A stretch of DNA of 64,000 nt from Clostridia bacterium. GTDB taxonomy: Bacteria > Bacillota > Clostridia > UMGS1883 > UMGS1540. Positions 20,242-30,557 of the stretch are shown here, piece after piece. Under the pieces are notes generated by a model, which was not told where the DNA came from, searched no databases, and was given only the letters and a program-made list of their open reading frames with translations. The number at the start of each line of letters is the position of its first letter. Within the stretch, counting starts at the first letter, position 1. Where the stretch lies: positions 99,723 through 163,722 of the forward strand of contig JAFSAU010000016.1 of NCBI GenBank assembly GCA_017442155.1, written 5' to 3'. The position numbers and the translations under genes are program-made.

Positions 20242-21672
20242 AAATTTTCTGAGAAGCGAGGCTCTCATATCCCAAAGCGGCTGTGAAAGGTCCACATAAT
20301 ATTTATGAGGATTTTCAAAACGCTTTACTTCGTCCCAAAGCTTATCAATTTCGCTGGCACAGTATTCTTTCACAGAAGAGAGCACCGGAGGCGTGTACAC
20401 GAGTTTTCCTTTGTCAAAGATTTTCACCAAAAGCTTTTCGGCACGAAAATCAGAAATTTTCTTCCGCTTCCAGGCGTGTTCCGGGTCAAAAATTTCATAG
20501 GGTTGTGTGGTGTCAATTTCCTCGTCATGCAAAGTGATTACGTCTGCAATCGCTTTATCAGTGTCTCGTTCGTATAAACGGTAAACCTGTTTAAATCCGG
20601 GTAAAGTGATTTTTTCTACGTTTTCGCTCAGCTTAATTTTGGGCTGCATTTCCTCTCCGTCCCATACAGCAGTCAGCTTATATACACCGCCAAACACCGG
20701 TTCGGACTTTGAGGTAATCAAACGTTCACCTACGCCAAAGGAATCAATCTGAGCCCCCTGCATAAGCGTGTCGCGAATGATATATTCGTCAAGCGAGTTT
20801 GAAACTACAATTTTACAGTCCGTCAGGCCTGCATCATCTAAAATTTTGCGGACTTTTTTTGTAAGATACGTAATATCACCGCTGTCGATACGTACACCGT
20901 CCAGTTTTTCGCCCATTGGCTCCAGAATTTCGCGATGCACACGGATGGCGTTCGGGAGCCCGGATTTCAGTACGTTGTAGGTGTCGATTAAAAGTGTACA
21001 GCCCTTTGGATATGTTTTTGCATAGGTTGAAAAGGCTTCATATTCGCTGTCGAAGGTCTGCACCCAGCTATGGGCCATAGTTCCGAGCGCAGGAATCTGG
21101 TATAATACATCCGAAATTGTGCAGGCAGAACCGGCACACCCTCCAATATAGGCGGCACGGCTACCGGCAATGGCGGCATCTGCACCCTGCGCACGGCGTG
21201 AGCCGAATTCCATAACGGTACGTCCCTGGGCAGCACGGACAATACGGTTGGCCTTTGTGGCAATCAAAGACTGGTGATTCATGGTAAGAAGTACCATCGT
21301 TTCCACAAGCTGTGCCTGGACTAAAGGACCGCGGATGATGATCAGAGGCTCCCGCGGAAAACAAGGGCTACCTTCACGCATGGCGTAAACGTCACAGCTA
21401 AATTCAAAGTTTTTCAGATAATCCAGAAATTCTTCGGAAAAGAGTTTGCGCGAGCGGAGATACTCGATATCTGTATCCGAAAAAGAGAGAGACTGCAAGT
21501 AGTCTATCAGCTGCTGAAGACCCGTTGCGATCGCAAAACCGCCGTTATCCGGGACCTTTCTAAAGAACATATCAAAGCATGCAATTTTGTCTTTAAGGCC
21601 GTTCTCAAAATATCCGTTTGCCATAGTAAATTCATAGAAATCGGCCAGCATAGTAAGATTTGTATTCATCAT
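20236..21672 (-). CDS. pncB: Nicotinate phosphoribosyltransferase
   Basis: 478 aa with NAPRTase family signatures. Confidence 0.85.
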   Translation of the reverse strand: MMNTNLTMLADFYEFTMANGYFENGLKDKIACFDMFFRKVPDNGGFAIATGLQQLIDYLQSLSFSDTDIEYLRSRKLFSEEFLDYLKNFEFSCDVYAMREGSPCFPREPLIIIRGPLVQAQLVETMVLLTMNHQSLIATKANRIVRAAQGRTVMEFGSRRAQGADAAIAGSRAAYIGGCAGSACTISDVLYQIPALGTMAHSWVQTFDSEYEAFSTYAKTYPKGCTLLIDTYNVLKSGLPNAIRVHREILEPMGEKLDGVRIDSGDITYLTKKVRKILDDAGLTDCKIVVSNSLDEYIIRDTLMQGAQIDSFGVGERLITSKSEPVFGGVYKLTAVWDGEEMQPKIKLSENVEKITLPGFKQVYRLYERDTDKAIADVITLHDEEIDTTQPYEIFDPEHAWKRKKISDFRAEKLLVKIFDKGKLVYTPPVLSSVKEYCASEIDKLWDEVKRFENPHKYYVDLSQPLWDMRASLLRKFS

Positions 21673-21941
21673 CCATTCTCCAAAGCATCATAGAGCCAGT
21701 ATTCAGCAATATCCATAGCGGCATACATACCGCTTCTTTCAGCCTGTTTGATCATTTTTCCTTTTTTGCCGTCATTAAGCATAAGCTGAATCGTAACACC
21801 GGTGGTAACTTCCAGGTCCTTCTTTTTCGTTGTCCCGGTCACAATCATGATAATCATGTATTTTTCCTGGGGATCACCATAATAAATCATGCTGCCGCGC
21901 CGGACCAGCGGCTTTCCCTTATAGCGTAGCATTTTTTCCAT
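21669..21941 (-). CDS. Small hypothetical protein (about 90 aa)
   Basis: ATG at 21941 preceded by GGAAAGGA. The longer ORF-track start at 22076 overlaps pgsA. No recognisable motif. Confidence 0.35.
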   Translation of the reverse strand: MEKMLRYKGKPLVRRGSMIYYGDPQEKYMIIMIVTGTTKKKDLEVTTGVTIQLMLNDGKKGKMIKQAERSGMYAAMDIAEYWLYDALENG

Positions 21942-22003
21942 TTTTATCGTCCTTTCCATAATATAATTTATTGTACCACAAAAAAATGAAAAAAGCAAAT
22001 TTT

Positions 22004-22528
22004 TTATTCTTCTTGAAATACTTTTCTGTTCCGAATCAGATAATCCATTCCGGAAATTACAGTCATTAGTGTGCATAAATAGATGAGAACATCCACTATT
22101 GTTTTGTTTATGGAAAGAATAGCGGCGATAATTGCCACGAGCTGGAGAACCGTTTTCAGTTTTCCCAATTGTCCTGCGGCAATAACAATTCCCTTTGTAA
22201 CAGCAACGAGGCGAAGTCCGGAGACAATAAATTCACGTGCAATAATAATCATAACCACCCAGTAGGCTACCTCGCCACGCTCCATAAGGCAAAGAAGGGC
22301 ACCCGTTACAAGAAGCTTGTCGGCCAGCGGGTCCATAAACTTTCCGAAATTCGTTACCAGATTATTTTTTCGGGCAAGATATCCGTCCAGCCAATCGGTA
22401 AGCGAAGCCAGGATAAAAATAAATGCGGCAATCGCTGTGTGATAGGGAATTGCCCCTATCATGTACACGATCATAAATACGGGAACTAAAGCCATGCGGA
22501 GTACTGTGAGTTTATTTGGAATATTCAT
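22004..22528 (-). CDS. pgsA: CDP-diacylglycerol--glycerol-3-phosphate 3-phosphatidyltransferase
   Basis: CDP-alcohol phosphatidyltransferase motif (D…DWLDGYLAR…). 174 aa, membrane protein. Confidence 0.9.
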   Translation of the reverse strand: MNIPNKLTVLRMALVPVFMIVYMIGAIPYHTAIAAFIFILASLTDWLDGYLARKNNLVTNFGKFMDPLADKLLVTGALLCLMERGEVAYWVVMIIIAREFIVSGLRLVAVTKGIVIAAGQLGKLKTVLQLVAIIAAILSINKTIVDVLIYLCTLMTVISGMDYLIRNRKVFQEE

Positions 22529-23831
22529 ATGTATCCTCTCCTATAATATCATATTCTTCCGATGCCAGAATCTTAACCTCTGTAAAGGTGCCGGGGTCAA
22601 GCTCCCGCTCGGAAGTGAAATAAACCTTGCCGTCGATATCCGGGCCGTCGCCTGCTGTGCGGCCTACATAAAACAAATCAGCAAAACCTTCGGTAAGAAC
22701 CGTTTGCACAGTTCCGATTTTACGTTTACACGCTTCTTTTGAAACCTCCTGCGTAATGGACATAAGTGCTTCATATCTTCTGGTTTTTGTTTCTTCGCAA
22801 ATCTGGTTCGGGAGACGGGCTGCCGCTGTTCCATCCTCCGGAGAATAACGGAAAACACCAATGCGGTCAAACGTACCACTCTTTACAAAGTCGCATAATG
22901 CCTCAAAAGCCTCTTCGCTTTCGCCGGGAAAGCCTACGATCAGAGATGTCCTGAGTACGGCATCGGGAAGCTTTTCCCGTATTCGGCAAACTAAGGCGTG
23001 TATTCCCTCTGTAGTATCGCGACGTCCCATCTGTTTTAAAACGGAATTGTCAATATGCTGAATCGGAATATCAAGATAGGGAACAATATTATCCCGATTG
23101 GCCATGACATCCAGAAGTCGATCGTCAATGCATTCCGCATATGTATAGAAAAGCCGAATCCAGGGGAATCCGATATCGGAAAGAGCTTCCAGAAGGTCCG
23201 GCAGTTTGCTTTCGCCATACAAATCCGTACCGTAGCGGGTAGAGTCCTGCGCCACTACACAAAGCTCTTTTACGCCGGCATTGAAAAGTGTTTTCGCTTC
23301 GCAGAGTATCTTCTCCATTTCCCGGCTCCGATATGGACCGCGAATTGATGGGATGGCACAGTATGTACAATGGTTATCACAGCCCTCTGCTATTTTAAGA
23401 TACGCCATATAAGAGGGCGTGGTTAAAACTCTGGGAAGATCTTCAGGATAGGGTGCTGTGTTGCCGCTGACAAAGCTACCGGTTTCGTTTTCCAGAAGCA
23501 TCGCAATCCGCGGGAATTCATCCACTCCGATAATCAAGTCTACCTCCGGCATTTCTGAAAGAATCTCATCTTTGTACCGCTGCACAAGACAGCCCGTCAC
23601 AATCAGCTTTTGTAGTTTTCCTTCTGTTTTTAAGGCAGCTGCATCCAGTATGGCGGAAATTGCTTCTTCTTTTGCATCATCTATAAAGCCACAGGTGTTT
23701 ATGACAATTGCTTCGGCTTCCGCAGGGTCGTTTACAACCGTAAAACCCTTTTCGCGGCATAGGCCTATCATAATTTCTGTGTCCACAAGGTTCTTGGAAC
23801 AGCCGAGAGAAATAAAACCAACTTTATTCAT
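22512..23831 (-). CDS. rimO: Ribosomal protein S12 methylthiotransferase
   Basis: MiaB-like N-terminus (KVGFISLGCSKNLVDTE), radical-SAM CxxxCxxC motif and a C-terminal TRAM domain. Start placed at MNKVGF. Confidence 0.85.
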   Translation of the reverse strand: MNKVGFISLGCSKNLVDTEIMIGLCREKGFTVVNDPAEAEAIVINTCGFIDDAKEEAISAILDAAALKTEGKLQKLIVTGCLVQRYKDEILSEMPEVDLIIGVDEFPRIAMLLENETGSFVSGNTAPYPEDLPRVLTTPSYMAYLKIAEGCDNHCTYCAIPSIRGPYRSREMEKILCEAKTLFNAGVKELCVVAQDSTRYGTDLYGESKLPDLLEALSDIGFPWIRLFYTYAECIDDRLLDVMANRDNIVPYLDIPIQHIDNSVLKQMGRRDTTEGIHALVCRIREKLPDAVLRTSLIVGFPGESEEAFEALCDFVKSGTFDRIGVFRYSPEDGTAAARLPNQICEETKTRRYEALMSITQEVSKEACKRKIGTVQTVLTEGFADLFYVGRTAGDGPDIDGKVYFTSERELDPGTFTEVKILASEEYDIIGEDTYEYSK

Positions 23832-24258
23832 AGGTGTACAGCGCATCCATTGCCCTGCGGATATCGGAGGATGCAAACCCCCTTCTGTTAAAGTATTGAT
23901 AAATGCGGTTAATTTCCTTTAGAGGACGGGAGCCTGTGCCGAAACGGGCTTCCATTGGCGTCAGTACATCAAACACAAGCTCCGAAAGTGCCGCGTCAAT
24001 GTATTCTTCCTCCACACCGCGGTCGCTGAGTTCCCTGGCAATTCGGTTTGGCCCGTATCCTTTTATGTTCGCAGCATCATGGGCATACCGTCTTGCATAA
24101 TCTGCGTGATCAATGTACCCATTTTGGCGGTAATAGGCGGCAGAATCTTCTGCTTCCTCCCGGTCGTATCCCTTGCGCACAAGTGCTTCCACAAGTTCGC
24201 GTTCTGTTCTTTTTTTACCGAGAACGAGACGGAGAGCCGCTGATTTTGTATCGCTCAT
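23824..24258 (-). CDS. recX: RecX-family regulatory protein
   Basis: RecX-like helical repeats (…ERELVEALVRKGYDREEAEDSAAYYRQNGYIDHADYARRYA…). Confidence 0.7.
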   Translation of the reverse strand: MSDTKSAALRLVLGKKRTERELVEALVRKGYDREEAEDSAAYYRQNGYIDHADYARRYAHDAANIKGYGPNRIARELSDRGVEEEYIDAALSELVFDVLTPMEARFGTGSRPLKEINRIYQYFNRRGFASSDIRRAMDALYTYE

Positions 24259-24271
24259 AGAGGTTTCTCCT

Positions 24272-25321
24272 TCATATAATAAGCTCTGTAATAACGTAAT
24301 TGGCAATATCCATGCCACGCTCTGTAAGACGGATGTTTTCACCATGTTTTTCTAAAAGTCCGGCACGAATCAAGCGTGGCACATTGCTATTTCCGTCATA
24401 CCGGATGCCTTTCCGCAACCGAAGTCCAAGCATGTATCGTTCTTCGTAACGGTCAGCATCCGTCAGAACAGTTTTATTTGCCACAGCATCCGTGGATGAA
24501 ATGTACGCTTTTAAATCACAAGTGTTTTCATACCTTACGCCGTCCGTATATCCGTGTGCACCGGCACCAAGACCGATATATTCACCGCAAAGCCAGTAGT
24601 TTGTATTATGCATTGCTTCAAAACCGGGACGGGCGAAATTGGAAATCTCATACTGCAGAAACCCGTGCCCTTCCAGAGACCGGCGAAGGGAATAATACAT
24701 TTCTCTTTCGGCCTCCTCCTCCGGCAGTTCCGGAGAGCGTACCGCAAAAGGAGTCCCATCCTCGATGCTTAGAGAATAGGCAGAAATATGCGAAACCGGC
24801 AGGTTACAAAGCTGATCGGCAGAAAAGGCCACATCCTCCGGCGTCTGTCCGGGTAATCCAAACATAAGGTCTGCCGAAATGTTTTCAAATCCTGCATTTG
24901 ACGCATCAAGGATTGTCTGAGCTGCATCCTCCGCCGAATGGAGACGCTCTAAGAACTGAAGTTCTTCATTCTTCAGAGATTGCACACCGATACTAATTCG
25001 ATTAAATCCAGCACGACGTAAAATCTGTAGCGAGGCGGGGGACACGGTGGCGGGATTTGCCTCCACTGTAATTTCGCCATTGCATGGGAATCTTTCAAGA
25101 AGTGTAGCCAAAAGGTCTTTAAGCAGTGTGGGTGGCAAGACAGTTGGGGTCCCGCCGCCGAAATATATTGTATCCACAGGACGCGGAGAAAATAAACGGG
25201 ATTCCTGTATTACCCTTTCCACATAGGCCGGAAAAAGTGATTCTGCACCGCTTACGGAATAGAATGCACAATATGGACATTTGCGGAGGCAAAAGGGGAG
25301 ATGTACATATAGTCCGATCAT
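24272..25321 (-). CDS. hemW: Radical SAM heme chaperone HemW (HemN-like, oxygen-independent coproporphyrinogen-III oxidase family)
   Basis: N-terminus [20 protein letters not shown]. About 350 aa, sitting immediately downstream of lepA as in many Firmicutes. Confidence 0.85.
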   Translation of the reverse strand: MIGLYVHLPFCLRKCPYCAFYSVSGAESLFPAYVERVIQESRLFSPRPVDTIYFGGGTPTVLPPTLLKDLLATLLERFPCNGEITVEANPATVSPASLQILRRAGFNRISIGVQSLKNEELQFLERLHSAEDAAQTILDASNAGFENISADLMFGLPGQTPEDVAFSADQLCNLPVSHISAYSLSIEDGTPFAVRSPELPEEEAEREMYYSLRRSLEGHGFLQYEISNFARPGFEAMHNTNYWLCGEYIGLGAGAHGYTDGVRYENTCDLKAYISSTDAVANKTVLTDADRYEERYMLGLRLRKGIRYDGNSNVPRLIRAGLLEKHGENIRLTERGMDIANYVITELII

Positions 25322-27123
25322 GAGTCAAGCTTGAGAACAGACATAAAGGCTTCCTGCGGAATGGAAACAGAACCAACCTGCCGCATTCTCTTTTTGCCTT
25401 CCTTCTGTTTTTCCAGAAGCTTTTTCTTACGGGTAATATCACCGCCGTAACACTTTGCCAGTACGTCCTTGCGGAGTGCACGAACCGTTTCGCGGGCGAT
25501 GATTTTTCCGCCGATAGCCGCCTGGATGGGCACTTCAAAAAGCTGTCGGGGAATGGAATCCTTCAATTTTTCTGCGATACGCCGTCCGCGTGCGTATGCT
25601 TTGGTGGAATGCACCACAAAGCTGAGCGCATCTACGATATCGCCGTTGAGAAGCATATCCAGCTTCACAAGGTCACTTTTTACATACGACTTAAATTCAT
25701 AGTCAAAGGATGCATACCCCCGTGTGCGGGACTTCAGTGCGTCAAAAAAGTCATAAATTATTTCATTGAGTGGCAGTTCATAATGCAGGGAAACACGTCC
25801 TTCGTCAATATACTGCATATCCTTATAAATGCCACGACGGTCCTGACAAAGCTCCATTACGCTTCCCACATAGGGCTGGGGGAGCATAATGTGGGCGTCC
25901 ACAAAGGGCTCTTCCATATAATCAATTTCCGTCATCGGAGGCAGGTTTGTAGGGTTGTCCACGAACACAACACTGCCGTCAGTTTTGACAACACGATAAA
26001 TAACACTGGGGGCAGTTGTAACAAGGTCAATATTGTATTCTCTTTCCAAGCGTTCCTGAATAATTTCCATATGCAGAAGGCCGAGAAAACCGCAACGGAA
26101 TCCAAACCCCAGAGCTATACTTGTTTCTGGTTCATACATCAGTGAAGCGTCGTTCAGCTTCAGTTTTTCCAGTGCTTCTCTTAGGTCCTCATATCTGGCT
26201 CCATCTGCCGGATAAATACCGGAGAACACCATGGGGTTTACTTCCTTGTAGCCCGGCAATGGTTCTCTTGCCGGAGTAGCCACTGCGGTTACGGTGTCAC
26301 CAACCTTGACGTCCTGCACAGTTTTGATGCTGGCGGCAATATATCCAACTTCACCAGCCTGGAGCGTTTCGGAGGGGGCGAATCCGTCAGGTTTAAGGTA
26401 TCCGAGTTCTACGACTTCAAATTCACCGCCCGTAGCCATGAAACGGATCATATCCCCGCGGGAAAGCTGTCCTTCGTGAATCCGGACATAAACAATAACA
26501 CCCTTGTAGCTGTCGTAGTAGGAATCAAAAATCAGAGCCCGGAGCGGTGCGGATTCATCACCGGAAGGAGCAGGGATGTTGTCAATAATATAATCCGGTA
26601 GACAATCGATGTTAATACCCTGTTTCGCACTTATCAGCGGCGCATTTTCAGCCTCGATGCCGATAACATTTTCAATTTCCCGTTTTACAACATCCGGCTG
26701 AGCACTGGGTAAATCAATTTTATTGATAACAGGAAGGATTTCCAGATTGTGTTCAATGGCAAGATAGGTGTTTGCAAGCGTCTGCGCCTCAATCCCTTGT
26801 GCCGCGTCCACAACAAGAAGAGCACCTTCGCAGGCGGCAAGTGACCGGGAAACCTCGTAATTAAAGTCCACATGCCCCGGGGTGTCAATAAGATTCAAAA
26901 TGTACTCTCCGTCATCCCGCTTGTAAACAAGCCGCACAGCACGGGCTTTAATTGTAATCCCGCGTTCCCGCTCAAGATCCATGTTATCCAGAAGCTGGTC
27001 CTCCATGTCCCGCTCGCTTACGATTCCCGTAAGTTCTAAAAGCCGGTCTGCCAGCGTGGATTTGCCGTGGTCAATATGTGCAATAATGGAAAAATTTCGG
27101 ATAAACGCCTGTCGGTCTGCCAT
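25318..27123 (-). CDS. lepA: Elongation factor 4
   Basis: [24 protein letters not shown] strong AAGGAG RBS precedes the second ATG (27123); the ORF-track start is 27144. Confidence 0.95.
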   Translation of the reverse strand: MADRQAFIRNFSIIAHIDHGKSTLADRLLELTGIVSERDMEDQLLDNMDLERERGITIKARAVRLVYKRDDGEYILNLIDTPGHVDFNYEVSRSLAACEGALLVVDAAQGIEAQTLANTYLAIEHNLEILPVINKIDLPSAQPDVVKREIENVIGIEAENAPLISAKQGINIDCLPDYIIDNIPAPSGDESAPLRALIFDSYYDSYKGVIVYVRIHEGQLSRGDMIRFMATGGEFEVVELGYLKPDGFAPSETLQAGEVGYIAASIKTVQDVKVGDTVTAVATPAREPLPGYKEVNPMVFSGIYPADGARYEDLREALEKLKLNDASLMYEPETSIALGFGFRCGFLGLLHMEIIQERLEREYNIDLVTTAPSVIYRVVKTDGSVVFVDNPTNLPPMTEIDYMEEPFVDAHIMLPQPYVGSVMELCQDRRGIYKDMQYIDEGRVSLHYELPLNEIIYDFFDALKSRTRGYASFDYEFKSYVKSDLVKLDMLLNGDIVDALSFVVHSTKAYARGRRIAEKLKDSIPRQLFEVPIQAAIGGKIIARETVRALRKDVLAKCYGGDITRKKKLLEKQKEGKKRMRQVGSVSIPQEAFMSVLKLDS

Positions 27124-27297
27124 AAAATTGCTCCTTATTTTCATTCATTCTATATATCATACCATAAAACCAGAAAAAATGGAAGGATAAAATTATAAAT
27201 TTTAAAATTTTTTAAAAAACCCAATGTTTTCCAAGAATATTTTTCGCTACAAGGTAAACACTAACAGCACGATTTGAAATTTAAAGGAGTTTTTCAT

Positions 27298-27837
27298 ATG
27301 AAAGCAACTGGAATTGTTAGACGAATTGACGACCTCGGTCGCGTAGTAATCCCTAAAGAAATCCGTAGGACAATGCGCATTCGTGAAGGTGACCCGTTGG
27401 AAATATTTACCAACCGTGACGGTGAAGTTATCTTTAAAAAATATTCTCCCATCGGGGAACTCGGCGATTTCGCATCGCAGTACGCAGAAACTCTGGCCAA
27501 AACTTCCGGACGACCGGTTTGTATTACGGATAAAGATAATGTAATTGCTGTGTCCGGCGCACCCAAAAAAGAATTGCATGAAAAAAGGGTCAGCCCTGAG
27601 CTTGAAAGAATCATGAATGAAAAAACAACCTTCCTTCGCAAAGGAACCGGAACAAAGTTTACCGTTGCAGACGGAAGTGAACGGTATTTCGCCGGGGTTG
27701 TTGTGCCGATTATTTCGGAGGGAGACCCCATAGGCAGCGTTGTGATGATGGCAGGCGAAGGTGATGACCAGATGGGAGAGGTGGAGGAAAAACTGGCACA
27801 ATCCGCTGCCGGATTTCTTGGGAGACAGATGGAGTAG
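27298..27837 (+). CDS. spoVT: Stage V sporulation protein T (AbrB-type DNA-binding domain plus GAF domain)
   Basis: MKATGIVRRIDDLGRVVIPKEIRRTMRIREGDPLEIF is an AbrB/SpoVT swapped-hairpin N-terminus. Length about 180 aa. ATG after AAAGGAG; the ORF-track start at 27274 is TTG. Confidence 0.85.
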   Translation: MKATGIVRRIDDLGRVVIPKEIRRTMRIREGDPLEIFTNRDGEVIFKKYSPIGELGDFASQYAETLAKTSGRPVCITDKDNVIAVSGAPKKELHEKRVSPELERIMNEKTTFLRKGTGTKFTVADGSERYFAGVVVPIISEGDPIGSVVMMAGEGDDQMGEVEEKLAQSAAGFLGRQME

Positions 27838-27848
27838 AAATAAAAAAA

Positions 27849-27878
27849 GCAATTCCACGGTGCAGGAATTGCTTTTTG
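27849..27878. terminator. Bidirectional rho-independent terminator
   Basis: gcaattcc-acggtgca-ggaattgc followed by TTTTTG, with an A-run on the other side. Confidence 0.55.
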
Positions 27879-27887
27879 TGTGTTAAA

Positions 27888-28460
27888 TTAGTATTTTTCT
27901 CTATGAGCAATATCGTAGCGTATCTGCGGCAGAGACACCGTGAAGAACGCAACAACAGCCACGATGAGCGTTAACCCCAAAATAATCATTTGTATCAGCT
28001 TGATTGTGGGATCGATTACACTCAGCCGCATAAACGGATTTGCCAGATAGAAAATCAGTGAAACAAAAGACCAGATTATGGGGAAATAAACATTCCAGGG
28101 TTTTTTCTTTGCAAAAATAACAATAGCAAGACTAATAAGACCCATCAAAAAAGCAAATAATGCGGGGGGAAAGGCTGCGTTGATTGGTGTTTTGAATTCT
28201 GCCTGAAGCTCAGCTTTATACAATTTTGCAAGAGAAGCCGAATCGCTGATGCCGGAATGTTCAGTTGGCATCCAGAGGAATGTCATAAGCGAAATGGTTT
28301 TTTCTCCGTCAAGTAGCGTTCCTTCGGCATCCTTAGGGGTGTACGTAATCATCGGCAGACACATTGTAACAATAAATGCTACTATAAGCACCGCCATTGC
28401 GACTGCAAAAATGATACGAAGTTTTGGGTTTTTTACTCCTGTTTGTTCCATTGTGTTCAT
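27888..28460 (-). CDS. Hypothetical integral membrane protein
   Basis: Four or five hydrophobic helices and no recognisable motif. Confidence 0.45.
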   Translation of the reverse strand: MNTMEQTGVKNPKLRIIFAVAMAVLIVAFIVTMCLPMITYTPKDAEGTLLDGEKTISLMTFLWMPTEHSGISDSASLAKLYKAELQAEFKTPINAAFPPALFAFLMGLISLAIVIFAKKKPWNVYFPIIWSFVSLIFYLANPFMRLSVIDPTIKLIQMIILGLTLIVAVVAFFTVSLPQIRYDIAHREKY

Positions 28461-28661
28461 CCTTCCTTGTAATTGTTCAATCTTGCTATATTATAACACA
28501 GAGTGTTTTTATTGTCAAGTAATATTTCATAAATCTTTCCATTTAAATTTCTGTATTACTGAAATACAAAGAAATACGCCGTGCACAGATTCCTGTTTAC
28601 GAGAAGAAAAGCAAAGATATGAAGCATAAAAATAAGTCATGCAAAAAATAGGAAAAAAGTG

Positions 28662-28690
28662 TTGCGCTTCAAAAAAAAGTATGTTATAAT
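28662..28690 (+). promoter_or_regulatory. Sigma-A-like promoter for tRNA-Leu
   Basis: TTGCGC, 17-bp spacer, TATAAT, ending 10 bp before the tRNA 5' end. Confidence 0.5.
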
Positions 28691-28700
28691 ATATAAAAAT

Positions 28701-28784
28701 GCGGCTGTGACGGAATTGGCAGACGTGCCAGATTTAGGTTCTGGTGTCTATGACGTGGGGGTTCAAGTCCCTTCAGCCGCACCA
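28701..28784 (+). tRNA. tRNA-Leu (anticodon UAG), long variable arm, encoded CCA
   Basis: Acceptor stem gcggctg/cagccgc. Anticodon stem ccaga/tctgg with loop TT-TAG-GT. Type-II variable arm, T-loop GGTTCAAGTCC, and a 3' ACCA. Confidence 0.9.
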
Positions 28785-28790
28785 AACAGT

Positions 28791-28838
28791 AAAAATCCGA
28801 ACTCTATACCAAATGGTGAAGGGTTCGGATTTTTATAT
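28791..28838 (+). terminator. Rho-independent terminator after tRNA-Leu
   Basis: aaaaatccgaac … gttcggattttt hairpin followed by a T-run. Confidence 0.55.
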
Positions 28839-28950
28839 AACCAAAGCAAGGTAGAGTGAAGTCAATCACACTCTGTTTTTTTAAAACACGCGTAGCGTGT
28901 GCATTGCCGATGCTTTTAGGAGGTATCCCTTTTATATGTAATTATATTTC

Positions 28951-30288
28951 TTAATGATATTTCGGCAGATAGTCTCCGTGGGCCTCAATCATTTCATCCA
29001 CCATTTTTACGATGTCATCCAGGGACAGCACAGCGGCGGTATGCGGATCAAGCATGGCGGCATGGTAGATGTGTTCGCGTTTTTTGGTGCGAGCGGCTTC
29101 GATTGTCAGAAGCTGCGGGTTTACGTTTGTCATATTGAGCGCCGCAAGCTGGAGAGGAAGCTCTCCGATATAGCAGGGCTGGATGCCACGTCGGTCTACA
29201 AGACAAGGTACCTCAACGCATGCCTTCGGATCAAGGTTTGAGATAAGACCGTTGTTGATGACATTTCCGCCGATGCGGTAAGGCGTATTTGTAACCATGG
29301 CATCCATGATGCGAGCTCCGTATTCGTGGCTCTTCTTGTGTTCAAACTCGGTGTCATTCAGCCATTCTGTTTTGCGGTTTTTCCATTTGGTTTCCGCAAC
29401 TTCACAGCGACGGATATATTCGTTTATGGGAATACCGCATTTTTCAATAAGCTCCGGATAGTTCGGCTTGATAAACCAGGGATTATATTCTGAATTGTGT
29501 TCGCTGCTTTCTGTGCAATAATAGCCCAGGCGGCGTACATATTCAAGACGTGTGAAATCGGAATGCGTGTTGCCGTCATCTCCTTTAATAAAGTCATATT
29601 CATGGCTGGCGGCGCGTCTTCGGATTTCGGGATACAAATCATTACCGTCCTTGTCGCGGATTTCCAAAAGCCATGCCATATGATTGATGCCGGCAATCTG
29701 GTCCGTAAAGCCTTCCTGCTCCATGCCGAGCCGTTTTAAAAGACCCGAAGCGCAGACCTGTACGCTATGACAAAGACCAATTGTTTTCATACCGGTATAT
29801 CTTTGCAGATAGCCGGTAATCATCGCCATGGGATTTACATAATTTAAAAACCATGCATCGGGGCAGACTTCCTCAACATCATGAGCAAAATCCTCCACCA
29901 CGGGAATGGTGCGGAGCGCACGCATAATACCGCCGATACCAAGCGTGTCAGCAATTGTCTGCTTTAAACCGTATTTTGCCGGGATTTCAAAGTCAATTAC
30001 CGTGGAGGGGCGGTATCCGCCCACCTGAATGGCGTTGACAATAAAATCGGCACCGCGCAAGGCCTCCTTGTGGTTCTCTGCGCCTAAGTAAGTTTTCAAT
30101 GTGGCACGGTTTTCATTTTGTTTCTCATTGATACGGGTTAAAATTGTTAGTGAGTCGGAAAGACGTTCGCTGTCAATATCATATAAGGCTATTTCTGCGT
30201 CACGGATTGCTTCCGTGAGCATGACATCACCTAAGACATTTACCGCAAAAACGGTACTTCCTGCACCCATAAATGTAATTTTTGTCAT
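28951..30288 (-). CDS. Glycoside hydrolase family 4 (NAD+/Mn2+-dependent alpha-glucosidase/alpha-galactosidase/alpha-galacturonidase type)
   Basis: N-terminal Rossmann MTKITFMGAGSTVFAVNVLGD is typical of GH4. Start at the ATG preceded by AAAGGAG; the ORF track extends upstream to 30525. Confidence 0.8.
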   Translation of the reverse strand: MTKITFMGAGSTVFAVNVLGDVMLTEAIRDAEIALYDIDSERLSDSLTILTRINEKQNENRATLKTYLGAENHKEALRGADFIVNAIQVGGYRPSTVIDFEIPAKYGLKQTIADTLGIGGIMRALRTIPVVEDFAHDVEEVCPDAWFLNYVNPMAMITGYLQRYTGMKTIGLCHSVQVCASGLLKRLGMEQEGFTDQIAGINHMAWLLEIRDKDGNDLYPEIRRRAASHEYDFIKGDDGNTHSDFTRLEYVRRLGYYCTESSEHNSEYNPWFIKPNYPELIEKCGIPINEYIRRCEVAETKWKNRKTEWLNDTEFEHKKSHEYGARIMDAMVTNTPYRIGGNVINNGLISNLDPKACVEVPCLVDRRGIQPCYIGELPLQLAALNMTNVNPQLLTIEAARTKKREHIYHAAMLDPHTAAVLSLDDIVKMVDEMIEAHGDYLPKYH

Positions 30289-30557
30289 ATAAATCTCTCC
30301 TTTCATCGGAATTTTAACATGAAAAGCTGTGTTTGTCCATATAAAAGTGATTGGTAAATAAGGATTTATGTGATATATTGCGTGAATTAACCAAACAAAA
30401 TAAATTGCTTTTACATACAGGAGTAAAAATTTCACTTTCCGATGTAGCAAAGTACATTTTTTGCACCTTATAGCCAATTTTAAGGGTTTACATTCAATTT
30501 TAAGATTGCTAAAATGAAAATGCAAATAGCTAAAAAATTTTTAGGAGGTTTTAAACC

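Noticed and set aside
27232-27297. Sigma-G-type promoter upstream of spoVT (GAATA … ACACTAA)
   Set aside because: The match to the CATACTA -10 consensus is poor, so the sequence alone cannot support it.
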